Of a stretch of 64,000 nt of DNA, positions 1-11,981 are shown piece by piece. Where the stretch lies: positions 42,222,001 through 42,286,000 of the forward strand of contig OZ296659.1 of the NCBI GenBank assembly GCA_965655095.1. Reading direction: 5' to 3'. The stretch is from Haplodiscus bocki (Eukaryota). The notes under the pieces are model-generated. The model saw nothing but the letters and a program-made list of their open reading frames with translations. It was not told the DNA's origin and searched no databases. Every line of letters starts with the position of its first letter. The stretch's first letter is position 1. Both the position numbers and the translations under genes were made by a program.

Positions 1-1164
1 TTCAGTTTCCCTTTTGTCCAAAAGTTATTATACAATGCGCCCCATAGCTACGATTAGCAGCTATTATTTTTGCTATTGCTAATTTGATCCGAGGAACAGT
101 TTTCTTGGAAGGCTACTTGGAAGAACAAAAGTTCAACAGAATATTTCACATATTTACTTGGAAAAAATACGCTCCTTTTTATACTTTGCTGCAGTGGTAA
201 GTCTAAGTAGAACGTTTTGGGCAAGGTCTGAGACAGCAGGAATTTTGTGACAAAAAACCATTTCACAGAAATTTTTCTCAATGTTCATATATTGGGTTTG
301 AAGTCTCTCTGTCAAATCTTTCTACTGGTGTGTCATTGGGGTTTCAGTACGAATTCTATTTGGCGGCAACCTATCCACTTTTTATACTTTTCAAGGAATA
401 AATGTAACAAAATCTAATTAATTCTGAAGAATTTTTTTCTCACCGTACGCCTAACAACTTCTTTCTTCGTCGAATTTTTTGTTGAGTTGAGTCTACCTGG
501 AGATTTTTGCCGTTTCCGAGGCTTGTTTTGGCTTTCTTTTACTCGAAGCCCAAGGGTGAAAAAGTTCTTTGCTCAAATGTTTTTACATCCCGTGTCACAG
601 ATTTGTGACAAGCTCTCTGCGTTTACTGAAATTGAAGCTTCTTATTTCGAAAAGTAATGGCCGGAGTTTTAGTTTTTGAAATTTTTTACGCCAAGGTCGT
701 AAATTAATATGGTACAGTTTTTCGGCGCCCAAAAGTTTTTCGCTGAGAGGTTGTTAGCGAAAACCAATCGAAGTTGCCTAAATTTTTAGGAGGCATCGTT
801 GAATTGATTAGCATCAGCACATAGTCGTCCAATTGATGCTTATTTCATTAGAATCAACGCAAAATCAATGCTTCCTGATGCCCTACTAGTTCAAAACAGT
901 TTGCAATTTTTGGCCGACTCGTAGTGGAAAAAATTGCAAGAAAAACCATTGACAGATCATTTTTTCTGGCAATTCGACTAACTACAGTGACTGCAAGTAC
1001 CCCGGTTGTGTTCAGTCACTCATTGATTATCTTTCAGGGGACAAAGGGAACTTATGATGTGTCAAAAGGTTTCTCGGTGCCTTTTTTGGTAGTGTGTCGA
1101 CAGAAAATTTTGTTGCTTTTTTGGCTTTTGATTGAGATTTAAAGGCTTGAAATGGCCGTATTAG

Positions 1165-3543
1165 TGTCACAGACGCATGTGGGAGTACGATAAAGCTGTA
1201 ATAATTGCTTTTTTTTCTAGTGCCTTCAACTTTCCTACTTTCGGTGCCTTGCTGGCCTCGCGAACACATGTTGCGTGAGTTCAGTTGCAAGGACTTTTTG
1301 AGCGATGAAAGAAAGTAACAAATTGAAAGAATCAATTCTTCAGTTTACGAATGGAAATGAAGCGCGTTCGAAAGAGTGAATTGCAAATGCATTTTGTCCA
1401 AATGACTGTAGGCAAGGGAAAAGGGAGTTGTGAGATATTAACAATCTCGTTTTACAAACTTTTGTCAACAGTTGAGTTACAAATTCATAAATTCAACTCC
1501 TAAAATTTTTAATCTTCAAGAACAGATCCAAAAATTTGAAATTCTTTGAAATACCGGCAGCAAAAAGTAACAAAATTAATTGGAAAAAAATGAATTTTCC
1601 AAAAACTTTTAGAGCATCAGCGAAATTACTAGAAAACAAAACCTCATTTTTTCTAAGGAATTGACTCTAATGTTCTATTTATTGTTGAAATTTTCCTCAA
1701 CTTCGTCCAAATTTATAAAAGACGAAATAACAGAAACTTTTAGAGTAAACCTCGATTGTTTTAAAAGTAGATTCAGTTTATGAGAGAGAGTTTTTTGGAG
1801 CTTTTGGTTAGAGCAAATAGTTTGATAGTTGCTATTTCTTCTAGCACTGCTTTTCGTTTATGTGATTTTGATAATTTTTTAGGTTTATCTTTGCTGAAGT
1901 AATTTTCAGGTTTTATCTTTTTGTCTACACTCATTAACTGGTGCTTCGCTGTTTATTGGTCTGTGTCTCAGGGTTCGTTTTTGTTCATTCATCAATCAAG
2001 ATGTCAAGATCGAGCAGTGAGTTGAACAAAAATGTCTTCATGCAATTTTTCCTTTAATATAGACTCTGGTGACGTGAGGTTCGCAGTCTACCGAGAGAGG
2101 TCTCTCAGGGTTCCTTTATTTAATCAGCGACCACGAACCAAAGACCAATTGAGCTATGAGTTCGAACAAGAACATTACACAGATTTTACTGATACCCATA
2201 GTTTGAATTTTGTCTAAACCCAGGTACGTTGCCAAGAACAAGCTACTCGGTTAAGTTTTTCTTAGTGTGTTTTTGTTCCAACCTGAACTAACTTCTAAAG
2301 GATTTTCGAGAAGGAACTTTTATGCTCGGGCAAAAAAACTACTGCACCCCGTGAATCACAAGGATAATAGCAGTAAGCCCCATAAAGTCTAAGCTTCAAT
2401 TTAATAGGAACTTCGTTTGGAAACCAGGGATATTTCAGCTCTGGATTTTTGCAAAAATCAGAATTGACCAGAGAGCTGTACCCATTCTGCACCAGCAACA
2501 TATGTGACGAACGGATACTGTTGATGCAGTCGAATGATCTGCGCGTTGTTCTGGAACTCTCCTTTCGTAAATCTGATTTGCAAGAGAATCGAAAAGGGAG
2601 TTAAAGATCAAGACAAGAAGTGAAATTATCTGAGAATTTTATTGGAGAATTGGAATTAATTTGCAACAACGATGGAAAATGAAATTTTCGTAGAATATTT
2701 TCGTGGAATTGGAGTGAATTTGCGGCTAAGACACAAAATGAAATTGTCTTAGAATGTTTCTGTAGAATTGGGGTGAATTTGCGGCTGAGATGAAAAATGA
2801 AATTGTCTTAGAAATTGTCTCTAAAATTGGAATGAAATTGCAAGTAAGACAGAATATGAAGCTGTCTTGGAACATGTTTGTAGGATTGAAGAGAATTTGC
2901 AGCTAAAACAGAAAATGAAATTGTCTTAGATTTTTCTTGTGGGATTGAAGTTGGACTGTGAACAGTTTTGTCAAAGATGAGTAAACAAAAGAGCAAATTT
3001 GGACTTATAATAATTTTGTCTGAAGAGGCGAAGAGGGAAGAGGAGTTGGATTTTAGAAATTTGTCCAAGTGGGGAGAGAAGGGACAAGGGGAATTACACT
3101 TAGAATAAGTTCTCCAGAAGAGTAAGAGGGAGAAGCGGAAGGTGGACTTAGAACAAATTGTCTAAGAAAGTAACGAAGAGAACAAGGGAAGAAGAGAGCA
3201 AATCAGAATAGGAGTGAGGATTCCCATCCCTTAAGCGGGAAGGAAATTTATGATCAAGTTAGTTGTGCAGATCGACTCCGAAGTAACAGCATGCTGCCAT
3301 ACCATGCAACCAATAGAAAGCTGGCTAGTACCAAGCATGTTAGCAGCTAGAGCCAACAGGAATAAAGCACCTTTTGGATTTTTTTAAATAAAAAATTAAA
3401 TTGTGCAAGCCCAACGGTTCAATTTTTCCACCAGTTTTTTTGTTGCTATTGTTTTTTTTTCATCAGTCCCTCCAAAACCTCAGCGTTAATTAATTTTGTT
3501 TACATCAAATATTCAACGTTCAAGTTTTACTTGTAAGGCGACA
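1165..3543. mobile_element. ~2.4 kb solo-LTR-like element, copy A (inverted relative to copy B at 48873-51275)
   Basis: Begins TGTCAC (1165) and ends GCGACA (3543), flanked by a 4-bp direct repeat TTAG (1161-1164, 3544-3547). Colinear reverse-complement similarity to 48873-51275: 1245-1310 vs 51011-51085, 2461-2610 vs 49981-50130, 3230-3360 vs 49130-49260. Confidence 0.8.
2620..3200 (+). repeat. Degenerate tandem arrays inside LTR-like copy A (~58-60 bp unit, then ~30-35 bp purine-rich unit)
   Basis: Recurring 'gaattggagtgaatttgcggctaagac...aaaatgaaattgtcttagaa' units at 2620-2950, then 'ggacttagaa(c/t)aa.ttgtc.aag...gggaga' units. Confidence 0.75.
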
Positions 3544-4643
3544 TTAGTAGAGGAAAATTGTTGGTTCAACCTCAGGAGGGCAAATGACATGATCGAAGGT
3601 TAATGAATTCATCACGCTTTTGGCAACTTTTTTGGTTAATAGGGCTTCAAAAATCGATCTTGTTTCTCGTTTTTGGGAGCGAACTAAAAGGGTTTTTGGG
3701 TTGTTTGAAACTACAGGGTTATTGCTTGGTCGAAAAAACTAACCTTGTATCACTGTGAATCGCTGAAGGTTCATGGTGAGAACAGGACCTTTAGTTTGGC
3801 TTTGATAATTTCCTCTTGGATTCCCTGATATGCCCAAGGCTCACCAAACTTGCAATTCAGCTCCTCCCAGGCGCCGTATTTATCGCAGAGCTGACTCTTG
3901 CTTTTCAAGAATTTAGTGGGAGGCACTTTTCTCTACGTTTTTTCCGTTAGATCTTTAGAATTGCAGGTCCAAACTGAAAACTACTCAAAAGTAATTGTCG
4001 TCTAGAGTGGTTGAATTGCCTACGCTTGTGATAGTCTATGTTTTTATTAGCATAACAATTCCTTTATATGGCCTTTTCCTTGTTGTTTTGACACGCATAA
4101 ACATTTATTGTATTAATTTCAGTGTAATATTTTTTACTTAGTGAGTACAGTTTGATAATAAAATAGAACCAAATGTTTGTCAGGAACTTGTGTAACCAAT
4201 TGCGCTCATTAGGCGCAGCAGATTGGACAACTTTGTATCAACTTTTGCGCAGAGCGTAATTTTTTTATTGACACCATCTCATGCTGGAAATTTAGCTGCT
4301 CTTCAGTTCCTGAAAGCGGAATTGAGAGTTTGAACCCCTTGCTTTGTCATAGTTTTCACTATCAAAACGAGATTGTAGTTTATGGAGGACTTTTCGTTCC
4401 GATTGATTGGATGTAGTTCCAGTTTTCCGTTGTTCCTAAGTTTGAGAATTTTCATCTGAAATTTTCCCCCTTAACAAAACAATCTTGCCTAATATTCGTA
4501 AAAATTATTCCAGTCTTTTACCTAAAGCTGCTTTTAATATTCCATTGTGTGTGAAAAATTGAACAAAAAAAATCTGGAAAATTGAATTCACCGCTCATTG
4601 GCGTTGTTGAAATTCCAATATTTTCAACCATACAATGCATGGG

Positions 4644-5145
4644 TATTTTCTGCTCATATTTATAAGATGGAAGGAAAATCATCTACCCGAAACGCCCAAA
4701 GTCGACGTTTCTTCACGCCGTTTGACAATTGATTTTGTCCGACTTCGGATTTTCTGACTAATCGGACACTTTCTGAGCATGAACTTTTTTTGTTAACCAA
4801 GTTCTAGCAAACTTGCCGTAGAATGCGACTGAAATAGTTAGATTTCTCCAAATGTAGAAAATTTGTTTTTTATTTGAAAAAACATGGGTTTTTTTCGAAA
4901 ATATTGATTGCTTTCAAAATCGTGAAAGGTGTCAAATTTGGTATATAATGCGTATCAAATGATAATATTTCTAAAAAATGTCTTTTTTCCTCCTGAACTG
5001 AGGGTTTTATGCAAAAATCAAAGAAATTTCGAAGCTGGAAAAATTGCAAAATTTTGATGAAGAAAGAATTTGAAAAAAAAGCGATTTCATTCTTTTAAAA
5101 AGCATTTTTAACAAACTTGGTGGGCGGGAAATAGACCGTGTTGTT
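4644..5145 (+). mobile_element. Helentron-associated non-autonomous element (HINE/DINE-1-like) copy; 3' hairpin partly deleted
   Basis: Matches 27643-28165 along its length (tagaatgcgactgaaatagt, aatgcgtatcaaatg); ends gggcgggaaata...ccgtgttgtt. Confidence 0.7.
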
Positions 5146-8100
5146 TACAGAGCAATTGAACATTTTGAACCATGAAAGTAACCTAATAATTGCGATTAAA
5201 TGTTATTCAAACATTAAATGGAAGAACATTAGTCCAATAGTAAAAATCAACCAAAAAAGTTATCTGAGATCAAAACGAGCAATTTGGAAGCCAAGGGAAT
5301 GATTTAGGCAGGAAAAACCTGAACAATAGGTTTGAGTGCATAAAAAGTACAAGAAGTGATATCCCCCCAGAATATACCACATTTGCTAACTAAATTTCTG
5401 GTAGGTTTCAATTTTTTTTCGATGTTAGGGTTCTTGCGAAGGTAGAAGTATTTATACTGTTTTACTTCCTTTTAAAGGGCACAATCTAACTCTCAAATAT
5501 TTCAACCTGTTCGGTATTCGATAGCGCACTTCTCGGGAGTAAGTGGTTTTTGAGAAAGATCAAAAATTTTTCAAAGGTAAAATTATTTAAAGTTTTCTTT
5601 TGATGCACTCAGAAAGTAGAAAGAACCATTCAACAGCCGCGGGACTAACGGTTCACTGAAATTTGCAATATTTTATTCGACCGATTTTAAAACTCAGTTT
5701 CTATCTCAACATGATTGCGTGGCCGTAGGAGCATCAATTTCGAAAGCAGTGACAGCTAGTCTTTTTCATCGTCTATGTTTAATGAAGTGCCTCAGTTTTC
5801 TAGGATCTTGGTGAGGCTAATTAATGAGAATCCAAGCACTTGGTACAAACAATCATTCTCATCAGGGTTTGAATTTACTGTATGAGGCATTCGCTGAATT
5901 CTGCTTTGCGCTCTCAAGTCAAATGAACACCCAAGAGATGTATAGGCTTTCAGCTGTATGAGTAGAAACAGAGGTAAAAATGGCAAATGAAATAGCTCGA
6001 GTTTCAGGAGATGGAAGCTCAGCTTAGAAAAAAGTTTTTCATTTCTAAAAATGGTTGCTCAACTTCCATGTAAGTCACAATTTTCATGTAAGTGTCGGAA
6101 AACTTCTGGGATCATATTGTCTCGAATAGCGGGAAAGACCTGACTTATGATCTCGCAAAGATTAATCCATGATGTCAATGATTTAAACTTCCTTGTTAAA
6201 GAACATCTCAGGTTTTCGTTGGAAACCTTTTTGTGCAGTTCCTTTACCTCGATCTTTGATCATCCATCATCAAATTTTTTTCCTGAATAAAATTAAGATG
6301 CAGTATTCTCACTAGTTGTTTATATTGGTTAAAAATTGTCGCCAAAAATCGTGTTCAGCCGGTCGCTTGAGTCAACTATTTTTTTTTCGTTTAGATATCA
6401 AATTGGTTGTGATCTATCTGTATAGAAGCTCCAATTTGGTACGGAAGAGCGAATATACAGAGCCGGATTGGCATTACATTTATTGTCAATAAATAACAAT
6501 AATGGAAAATTGATGCTTGAAGTTTCGAAATCGGAACCAATGACTACCCACTTCAAACTTCTCAAGCTTGGTATCAAAAATTCCTTATTTTTTTTCAAAG
6601 CAGATACAAAAATAGGCGAGTTTGTTCGGTTTGTCGAAAAAACACAACTAAAAAAACTAACATAGGCCAGTGTTATCATCATCATCATAGTTTTCTCTAA
6701 GTACTTCTTTTTGTAGGTGCAGATTTGAGATGCAGATACTCAAGATAGGCTCAGTAGAGTCATAGTACTCTGGTCCACAGATAGTCGTACCAGCCTGTAA
6801 CAGGCTTGGGTGAATAGGAAAAAATGGAATCAATCGTCTTGAACTAAATGTCATTGAAGTCATTAGTTTACACATGCCAGCTCAGAAAAATGGCTTGGTT
6901 TATAGTTCAGTGCAAAGTAGAGTTTCTTCAGGGCATGCTTTAAGTCATTCATGGTCAGGAGTTGATTTTGGGTTTTGGTGAAGACAATCCGATGAAATGT
7001 GTCGTCTATAGCTGAAATGTTTCAGTCGGATCATTGCTGCCCCAAGATCGGTAAAATCCGCCCGAGTGACTTTTTCAAAAGCAAGCAATACCATTTTTGT
7101 TGTCTGAAAGCTTTAAAAAACATTTTTTTTTCAAACTGACCAAATGATTATTGACCAACCATTTTTTTGTGAAAAAAAGTAATAAATTTAACTCTTGCAA
7201 TCATGATTACAATGAATAAAAAGTTCTGCAAAATGTAATAACAATCGTAAAAGAGGTACATGATGATCTATGGAATATCTACATTTCCATTTCTTTTACA
7301 ATCCAGTTAATATTTTTATGGTTTTACGGTACTATAGCTTACAACCTAACATGTGCTAGTTGAATCGAGCTTAAAGCAAACCATATTAATGGTTATAACT
7401 TGTTATAACTTGCAAACTTAAATTGAATGCGTTTTCCAAATGAAATAGAAGTAAGAAACTAAAAACATGTAATCAAGAAAAGAACGTTTTCTTAACAGTT
7501 TGACGTTTCTATATAATAGCACACGGCAGAAAGGGTAAGTATGTAAACTATGTAAACAGAGTACTGTCAATTTTCGACATTTTTCCAATGTAGTTCAGTA
7601 CTTCCTTTTTTGTCCCAGAAATGGTTAATCTGGTGACAACTCCATCATATAGAGTAGAACTATCTGTGTAGACTAAAGTTCAAAGCCCCCATTCAGCTGA
7701 CTAACTAAATTTATGATTAGATTGATTTTTGAAAAAAAAACATTAATCCCAGGAAGACCATTACACAAATGGACACATATCTTAGATTCGAAGTTGGAAA
7801 AATGGCATTTCTTTGGAAACTTGGCATCAAATTGTGATTTTTTTGGATGACTGTAAGGTCATCAACATTTGTAAACTTCCGCCAATTTCTGGCAGAAAAA
7901 GAACATTTTTTTGAAAAAAATAACAGTGCCACAAGTTGTAAAAGAAACACCATTTTAATTGAATAAAAATGTTGCCTCGATTTTTCAAAAATCCGGTTTT
8001 CAAGCATTTCAAAATCAGTACTTGTCATGGAAATGGGTATTCTGAATGCTTCCAGAATCCCAACTTTCAATTACTCCAAACTGCGAATAGTCCTACATTT

Positions 8101-9559
8101 GATTTCAATTTTTCCCGACAAACTTGTTATCCTATAATTGAAGAGCCTTTCCTTGAATTATCTTTTTCGAGCATGTTTGCCGTTACTCAAATGTTCAAGA
8201 TTTGATACAACTCAATCAACGAACCATGTATAACTGCATCAATTCACTTTGATAAAATTACTTTTCTTCAGTTGGTTCTTCAGTGAGATCGAACCCTGTT
8301 GCCAAAACGTGGCTCCATACCATGATCATGCTATCTTCTATGACGGCCATGTATGATCATACTATGACCAATCGATGGAGAGTATGAAACACCATGACCA
8401 TACCATGGGAAAATCAAATCTCAAACTGGGGATTTTTTTCACGTTTTCTACATCTAGTTTCTCTACATCTGTGGATATGTTATTTGAGATGCATACCCTG
8501 CGCTTGCAATGTCATCCTGTGCGTCTTGAAAAGAAATTTTTTGAGTTTTTTTAACGTCTTGTCAAAATCTTGACGAACATTTTCGCCGAAACTAATTGGG
8601 CTCTGTGAAATATTTCTAAGTGATTACAACTGGTGAGGAATTTCTTAGATTAGTTGGCTACAGATCTGAAAGAACACCAAATCTTTTTGTGTGAACTAAA
8701 AATCAAAGAGTCAGTCGACTCAGCCAGAAACGAAGTTACGCGAACATTGTGAAGAAAACCTATTCCTTCATCTTGAAAATTGATTGCCTATTGACCTCAA
8801 TCGAATAAAAAAGGGTTTGAAACATTGCCGATTACGTTTTTTCGTTTGAGATTAACAGTAACCGTTTGAATGCTTTAAAAATCTAAAAATCATGTTGTGA
8901 ATAGCAATTTCGCACCTAATTCGAATACTTGTAAGTATATACTATCGCAATACGACTAACCTTCAAACCTTGGAAAAAGCGCAATTTAAAAGTTCAGATC
9001 CATCAAAAAGTCGAAACTAATCTTCAGAGATTTCATCCCGAAAATTAAAAACTCAAAATTTTTTTGTTAATCCTTCAATCCTTCACTCTCAGTAATCCCA
9101 TTACTATACCGGCTAGATTTTTTGGAATATTCGAGGAAGTTTCACCCCGTTGTTAAAACTCAAACAAGTTTTCTACTCAACTTCAGTATCAGTGAGTTAT
9201 ACTTTAGCTCAGCCAAAGTAGAGTTTATCTCGCTAGCCAAGTTTGACTTGGATGTTTTTTGGAAACCCAGTAAATTACTATAACACTTGTTCTCCAAAAA
9301 TTTTTTAGACGGAAAATGGAATCCCTGTGAGTCACGTTGCGAAAAAACAACGCGTTTGAGACAAAGGGAACCAAACAGAAAACGCACAGTAACAGCGTAG
9401 TAGTTAATGTATCTGAGTCATAAAAAAAGTAGAAAACTAAAAAAGTTCCAAACCTTCCAAAACAACCTAGATTTAATCAAGGTATGCAAAAAACATGAGA
9501 TCTCTTGCTCAGTTGCTATGTTCTGCAAGTTCCTGAGTCTTTGATAAAAACTTAAAATA

Positions 9560-9900
9560 CATGTATCATCCCCGCCAGCCGATTATACTTGACAAAGAAG
9601 GACCCTAAGAAGCTTGACGTGGTTAATTGCTCTATGCATGTCACCACACTCGTAAAAAAACCGAGACATAGACTAGTTTTTTGGAAATTGAAAATGCATG
9701 TAGTGTCTTTGTCAGTGGTTTATGTTGACCAGAAAGACCCTGAAACACTTGACTTGGTTGACTGTTTAATGTATGTTAGCAACGTATGAGATAAAATTTG
9801 ATACCCTTTTCGGTAACACCGCTTGACTTTAATTGCGGCTGGGATAAAAAGCAACCTAACACAAATGACTAGGTTGACTGTTTTAACGGATTATACCGAA
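9560..9900 (+). repeat. Eroded tandem repeat, about three 120-140 bp units
   Basis: Units share 'gaccct.a.a..cttgac.tggtt.a.tg' at about 9600 and 9737, with a weaker copy near 9855. Confidence 0.45.
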
Positions 9901-11254
9901 GTCTTAGCTAAAATAAATTAAACAGGACAAAAAAAACGAAAAGGAAAAGAAACAAAAAGCAAAATTGAGCAAAGCATTTTTACACACGTAACAGCAGTGT
10001 AAGTTTCTGAAACTTTCTTACACCACAACGCAGACGCATGGCCGCACAAAAAAAAAACGGAATTTTTATTTTAATAAATGTAAAAACAAACCTTCCAATC
10101 TATTGTAATATTTCTTCTAGAGTTATTTATCAATCACCATTACCAAAAAATTCCCAGTTTTGTTTGGTTCGACGACGTTTTGTAGGTTTCAGTTGTTCTC
10201 AAACATGAAACATAAATAAATGTTGTCTGAAACGTTTATCACAAACAAGAGTGCAGGTCTTTTACCACATTTTTCTGACTGTACAACCATTAAAGAAAAA
10301 CCAAAATAGCCAGCGATTTCCAAAAAATTTCCAACCCGGCAACATCTAAGTTCATTTTGAGATTCGAAAGTTAGACCTTTGTGTTACTACTACCTACAAA
10401 CACTTCTTTTACCCCTATGACAATCAATCTTCATGATGCCTAAAGTTGCATGTATTTTAGATAGTGCCATTGGCAAATTTTATGTCAAAGCTGAATGCTG
10501 TATGAATGGTTTTCCTTTCCTATAAGGAAAATGGGCCAAAAATATAACATATTATCCATACCAATATAACTTTTCTGTAATCATGAACGTTGTTCAATGG
10601 GTTCTTTTATTAAGACTTTCATCATCATGGAAAGACTGGGCTGATATGTTTGAGGTTGGGTTTACATCAAGAACTTTTGCTGGACTTTCATAGATCTTGA
10701 AGAACCTTGGATTCTTCTGTAGCAAGATGGACTTTTTGACAGTTTTAATAAAATTTCGTTTTTTTTTCGGAAAATCTTTTTCTTCTACTTGGAATTTATG
10801 TCAATCAAATCCTGCCTAAAAGTTTAGGAAATGCTAAATTTTTAGCTGAGGAAGAATGATTTCAAACTTTTGGGGTCATTTTTCTATACATTTGACTTTC
10901 AGCCCTTTTGGTTCCATCAAAGTGCCATTTTTCCATTGCCGTGTTTTTCTCCCAATTTATCCTCGTTGGAGTTCCCGGAATTTTTTCAAAAAATTCATCC
11001 TAGATCTCACTAACAACTTACTGTCTGATTAGCAAATTAGAGCAACCTTTCAAAGTTTGCAAACGTTTGCTCGAGTGTTTACAAGCCATTGCACAATTTG
11101 ACCCTTCGAAACCTATTTTCGAATCAACGTTTTAGATATTGATTGACAACTGCCAGCCTGCAGGCTATATTATAGCCCTATTTAGTTCTATGTGCTTTTC
11201 TTAATAGAAAAAATTTAACAGCAATAAAGGTGCTTTGACTGAGTTCCTCTTCAC

Positions 11255-11330
11255 CTAAGTAGTTGGTTACGTCAAAGGGGAACGGAAGTACTGTAGTTCG
11301 AACCCCGACTTGATCAAAATTTTTTCTCCG
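11255..11330 (+). repeat. tRNA-derived SINE head relic
   Basis: A-box-like TAAGTAGTTGG followed about 30 nt later by B-box GTTCGAACCC; no cloverleaf. Confidence 0.35.
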
Positions 11331-11981
11331 CAAGGTGAACGTTTTTTCTCAATTTTTTCGAAACCTGGTTTAATTTTCAATGCTTCATTGTTTTCCTCTT
11401 GAAGGCATGTTGTTATTCGGGCAAGGTAATTCCAAAGTGATTCAATTAATATGAAAGTTCCCGCTGTGTGTTCGCACTTCCTTTTTTCAGGTGTATGAAT
11501 CATGGTTTTTATGTGTATAAGAAACTTAATATAACTACGCACACATGTTAAATTTTATCTGAAAATTCACTCGATCTTAGTTTTAGAGTCAAACCCAAAA
11601 AACTAGTCACCATTGACCTTTTAGGGTCATTCTGAATTTTACCTCAAGTCTATAATCATTTCAACCCGGAATTATTTCAATAGTGTAAAATGAAAAAAGT
11701 TTCAGGAAAACAAAATGTGAAGCACTTTTTTGAAGCGTTCTCTGAAAATTGAAAACCTTTGTTAAGATTTTCTCAATCTTAGAAGCCTGCAAATTGTTTA
11801 AATGAACGAACCAAATGATCTTTATCATGATCTATTCAAATAAACCACTTGAATTTAAATGGAAAAGGGCACTGGAGGAGAATAGCTTTTTTACATCATC
11901 ATATTCGGGCACAGTCATTTTCTGCAGAAAAAAACTTTCTTAAAGTTCTTAATGTTCTCCATAAATTAGTTTCTATGCAGC

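Noticed and set aside
5800-6600. Exon-like + strand pieces (GLNLLYEAFAEF..., YQIGCDLSV*...)
   Set aside because: In-frame stops and no recognisable family; cannot be linked to the channel gene.
6700-7080. Minus-strand coding-like stretch faintly resembling a macro domain
   Set aside because: Too degenerate, with no diagnostic motif.
11260-11520. Possible upstream DEG/ENaC micro-exons (VGYVKGERKYCSS...FSPQ; 11405-11425; 11491 onward)
   Set aside because: The phases cannot be joined without a stop or frameshift, the G.CYTFN motif is absent, and the first piece is better explained as a SINE head.
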